Origin: Microcoleus sp.
Lineage (GTDB): Bacteria > Cyanobacteriota > Cyanobacteriia > Cyanobacteriales > Microcoleaceae
Direction: 5' to 3'
NCBI GenBank assembly: GCA_042408215.1
Contig: JAYFMW010000009.1
Location: 1-33,840, forward strand
Length of the DNA stretch: 33,840 bases
Shown: positions 31,573 through 33,840 of the stretch, one piece after another
How the letters are laid out: each line of letters opens with the position of its first letter
Numbering within the stretch: position 1 is the first letter of the stretch
Notes under the pieces: generated by a model
Databases searched by the model: none
Seen by the model: only the letters and a program-made list of their open reading frames with translations
Told to the model about the DNA's origin: nothing
Program-made: the position numbers and the translations under genes

Positions 31573-31835
31573 ACCGAAAAGTGTGTCTCAACTGTTTCAC
31601 GATGGTACAGGAGTGTAACCTTGACTATCAAAGTATACTACAAGTACAAGCAAATACAAGCAAAATCCCGGTTTTTAGGAATGGAGCTCAGAAATTAAAG
31701 CCGTCCTAAAAGGCGATGTGCTGAGGGAAGTCGAAGTAACGGGGTTTTAAACCCAATTTTCTGATAAACGTTTCTGAAAAACAGTTTTGCTGCAATAATT
31801 TGCTTTGATAATGGTTGAAATTTCTGGTGTCAAGA

Positions 31836-32378
31836 GTGAATAATGTCCCCCCCCTCGACTTAAGCCGCCAATACGCCCAGATTGGCGACGAGATGGCTGC
31901 TGCGGTGCAAAAAGTGCTGGCCTCTGGTGCCTACATCGGCGGCCCGGCTGTGAAAACTTTTGAACAAGAGTTCGCCAACTACATCGGCGTTTCCGAGTGC
32001 GTGGGCTGCAACTCCGGCACCGATGCGCTGGTTTTGGCTTTGCGGGCGCTCAAAATTGGCCCTGGCGATGAAGTGATTACTACTCCTTTTACTTTTTTTG
32101 CTTCGGCTGAGGTAATTAGTGGAGTAGGCGCAACTCCGGTGTTTGTCGATATTGACTGTGCGACATTTAACATGGATGTCGATCGCCTCGAAGCTGCAAT
32201 TACCGAAAAAACCAAGGCAATTATGCCCGTGCACATCTTCGGCCAACCGGTAGACATGACTCGGTTAATGGACATAGCCAACCGCCACAATTTAGCCGTA
32301 ATTGAAGATTGCGCCCAGTCTGTCGGTGCCGAATGGCATCTCCTCAATTCCCCAAAAAACAGATTAGAAACAGTTTGA
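31836..32378 (+). pseudogene. 5' half of a DegT/DnrJ/EryC1/StrS aminotransferase
   Basis: NSGTDAL, GPGDEVIT, PVHIFGQ, IEDCAQS. Similarity stops at AEW, before the PLP-lysine motif. Confidence 0.85.
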
Positions 32379-33379
32379 TTGTTGTCGGAAGTATTACTTT
32401 ATTAGGTTTAGGAATTGTTTGGTTGCGCCCTAGTGGAATAGATATCACAAAACTAACACCTATTCAACCAACTAACGCTCAAAATATATCCCTTGCTCAA
32501 ACCCTCTCTCGTTATTTTGATCTTTTTAATTATGTTTTTTCTGTAGCATTTAGTCCAGATGGTCAGGTTTTAGCTAGTGGGAGTTTGGACAATACAATCA
32601 AATTGTGGTCAGTCGCAACGGGAAGGGAAATCAACTCTCTCTCAGGTCATTCTGATTGGGTTTGGTCTGTAGCATTTAGTCCAGATGGTAAGGTTTTAGC
32701 TAGTGGGAGTTTGGACAATACAATCAAATTGTGGTCCGTCGCAACGGGAAGGGAAATCAACTCTCTCTCAGGTCATTCTGATTCGGTTTTCTCTGTAGCA
32801 TTTAGTCCAGATGGTCAGGTTTTAGCTAGTGGGAGTCGGGACAATACAATCAAATTGTGGTCAGTCGCAACGGGAAGGGAAATCAACACTCTCAAAGGTC
32901 ATTATAATTCTGTTAAGTCTGTAGCATTTAGTCCAGATGGTCAGGTTTTAGCTAGTGGGAGTTCTGACAATACAATCAAATTTTGGTCAGTCGCAACGGG
33001 AAGGGAAATCAACTCTCTCTCAGGTCATTCTAATTCTGTTATTTCTGTAGCATTTAGTCCAGATGGTCAGGTTTTAGCTAGTGGGGGTTCTGACAATACA
33101 ATCAAATTGTGGTCAGTCGCAACGGGAAGGGAAATCAACTCTCTCTCAGGTCATTCTGATTCGGTTTGGTCTGTAGCATTTAGTCCAGATGGTCAGGTTT
33201 TAGCTAGTGGGAGTTATGACAAAACCATCAAATTGTGGTCAGTCGCAACGGGAAGGGAAATCAACTCTCTCTCAGGTTATTCTAATCATGTTAATTCTGT
33301 AGCATTTAGTCCAGATGGTAAGGTTTTAGCTAGTGGGAGTCGGGACAATACAATCAAATTGTGGAGGGTGGGAAATTAG
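32333..33379 (+). CDS. TM-anchored WD40 protein with seven near-identical repeats
   Basis: Hydrophobic segment, then seven SVAFSPDG..LASGS.D.TIKLW units with a 126-bp period. Confidence 0.88.
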   Translation: MASPQFPKKQIRNSLIVVGSITLLGLGIVWLRPSGIDITKLTPIQPTNAQNISLAQTLSRYFDLFNYVFSVAFSPDGQVLASGSLDNTIKLWSVATGREINSLSGHSDWVWSVAFSPDGKVLASGSLDNTIKLWSVATGREINSLSGHSDSVFSVAFSPDGQVLASGSRDNTIKLWSVATGREINTLKGHYNSVKSVAFSPDGQVLASGSSDNTIKFWSVATGREINSLSGHSNSVISVAFSPDGQVLASGGSDNTIKLWSVATGREINSLSGHSDSVWSVAFSPDGQVLASGSYDKTIKLWSVATGREINSLSGYSNHVNSVAFSPDGKVLASGSRDNTIKLWRVGN

Positions 33380-33392
33380 TTTTTTTGATTCC

Positions 33393-33600
33393 AGAAACCG
33401 GGTTTCTTACTAAGTTGATGGTTCCCCCAAGATCGGGTGGAAAGAAACCCGGTTTCTGAGGCTAGGGTGGGCAGAAAAGAAACCGGGTTTCTTACTAAGT
33501 TGATGGTTCCCCAATATCGGGTGGAAAGAAACCCGGTTTCTGAGGCTAGGGTGGAGAGAAAATAAACCAGGTTTCTTACTAAGTTGATTGTTTCCCAACG
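33393..33600. repeat. About 85-bp tandem repeat (2.5 copies) built on AGAAACCGGGTTTCT palindromes
   Basis: Units start at 33393, 33478 and 33562. Confidence 0.85.
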
Positions 33601-33840
33601 CGGCTTGTAAGTGGGGAGGGCGGGTTTATTTAACCTGTTATCAACCCGAAAGGCTGTTGGTGAACCCGCCCCTACAGATCCCACATGAATGGTGCAACAT
33701 ATAAGCTTCAACCTACAATATAAACTCCTATTCTCCATCTCTACTTAACTCTCTTTTCTCTCTTCTCTCTGCGTTCTCTGCGCCCTCTGCGGTTAATAAA
33801 AAAAAATCTCAGTGTCACAGCCAAGCATCTGCGTTAACCT

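Larger units (their letters stand above)
29725..31763 (-). mobile_element. Internally deleted IS200/IS605 mini-element (491 bp net), split by TnpB copy 2
   Basis: Left end TTTAT|CAGAAAATTGGGTTTAAAACCCCGT...TAGGACGGCTTT; right end AAGAATCCCCACGCC...GGGGGAGTGTCAA; TnpB-like N-terminal stub across the junction. Confidence 0.75.

Noticed and set aside
32520..33365. Diversity-generating retroelement target
   Set aside because: Changes are not adenine-specific, and no reverse transcriptase or template repeat is in the window.
33376..33738. 120-aa and 62-aa ORFs
   Set aside because: Derived from the 85-bp repeat.

Overview
This is filamentous cyanobacterial DNA (Oscillatoriales/Microcoleus-like, inferred from dense HIP1 GCGATCGC sites, heptamer tandem repeats, ndhB and plmA). 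Core genes are topA, ndhB, pepP, an adenylate cyclase, plmA and fetB. Four accessory zones lie between them. (1) 0-3.8 kb: a cluster of mostly broken toxin-antitoxin modules. (2) 7.1-15.9 kb, between divergent topA and ndhB: an HTH-NB-ARC (STAND) regulator with no sensor repeats facing four uncharacterised genes, plus a stand-alone EF-G. An IscB-less HEARO/omegaRNA element sits exactly at the EF-G start codon, and a MITE sits inside that element. (3) Two inverted 1548-bp TnpB elements, each carrying a different nonsense codon; one is nested inside a small omegaRNA-only IS200/IS605 element. (4) A truncated degT joined to a WD40 gene with near-identical repeats. Small palindromic repeats have also entered reading frames, most visibly a 33-bp array inside topA. 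Family assignments are from motif recognition only; no searches were run.
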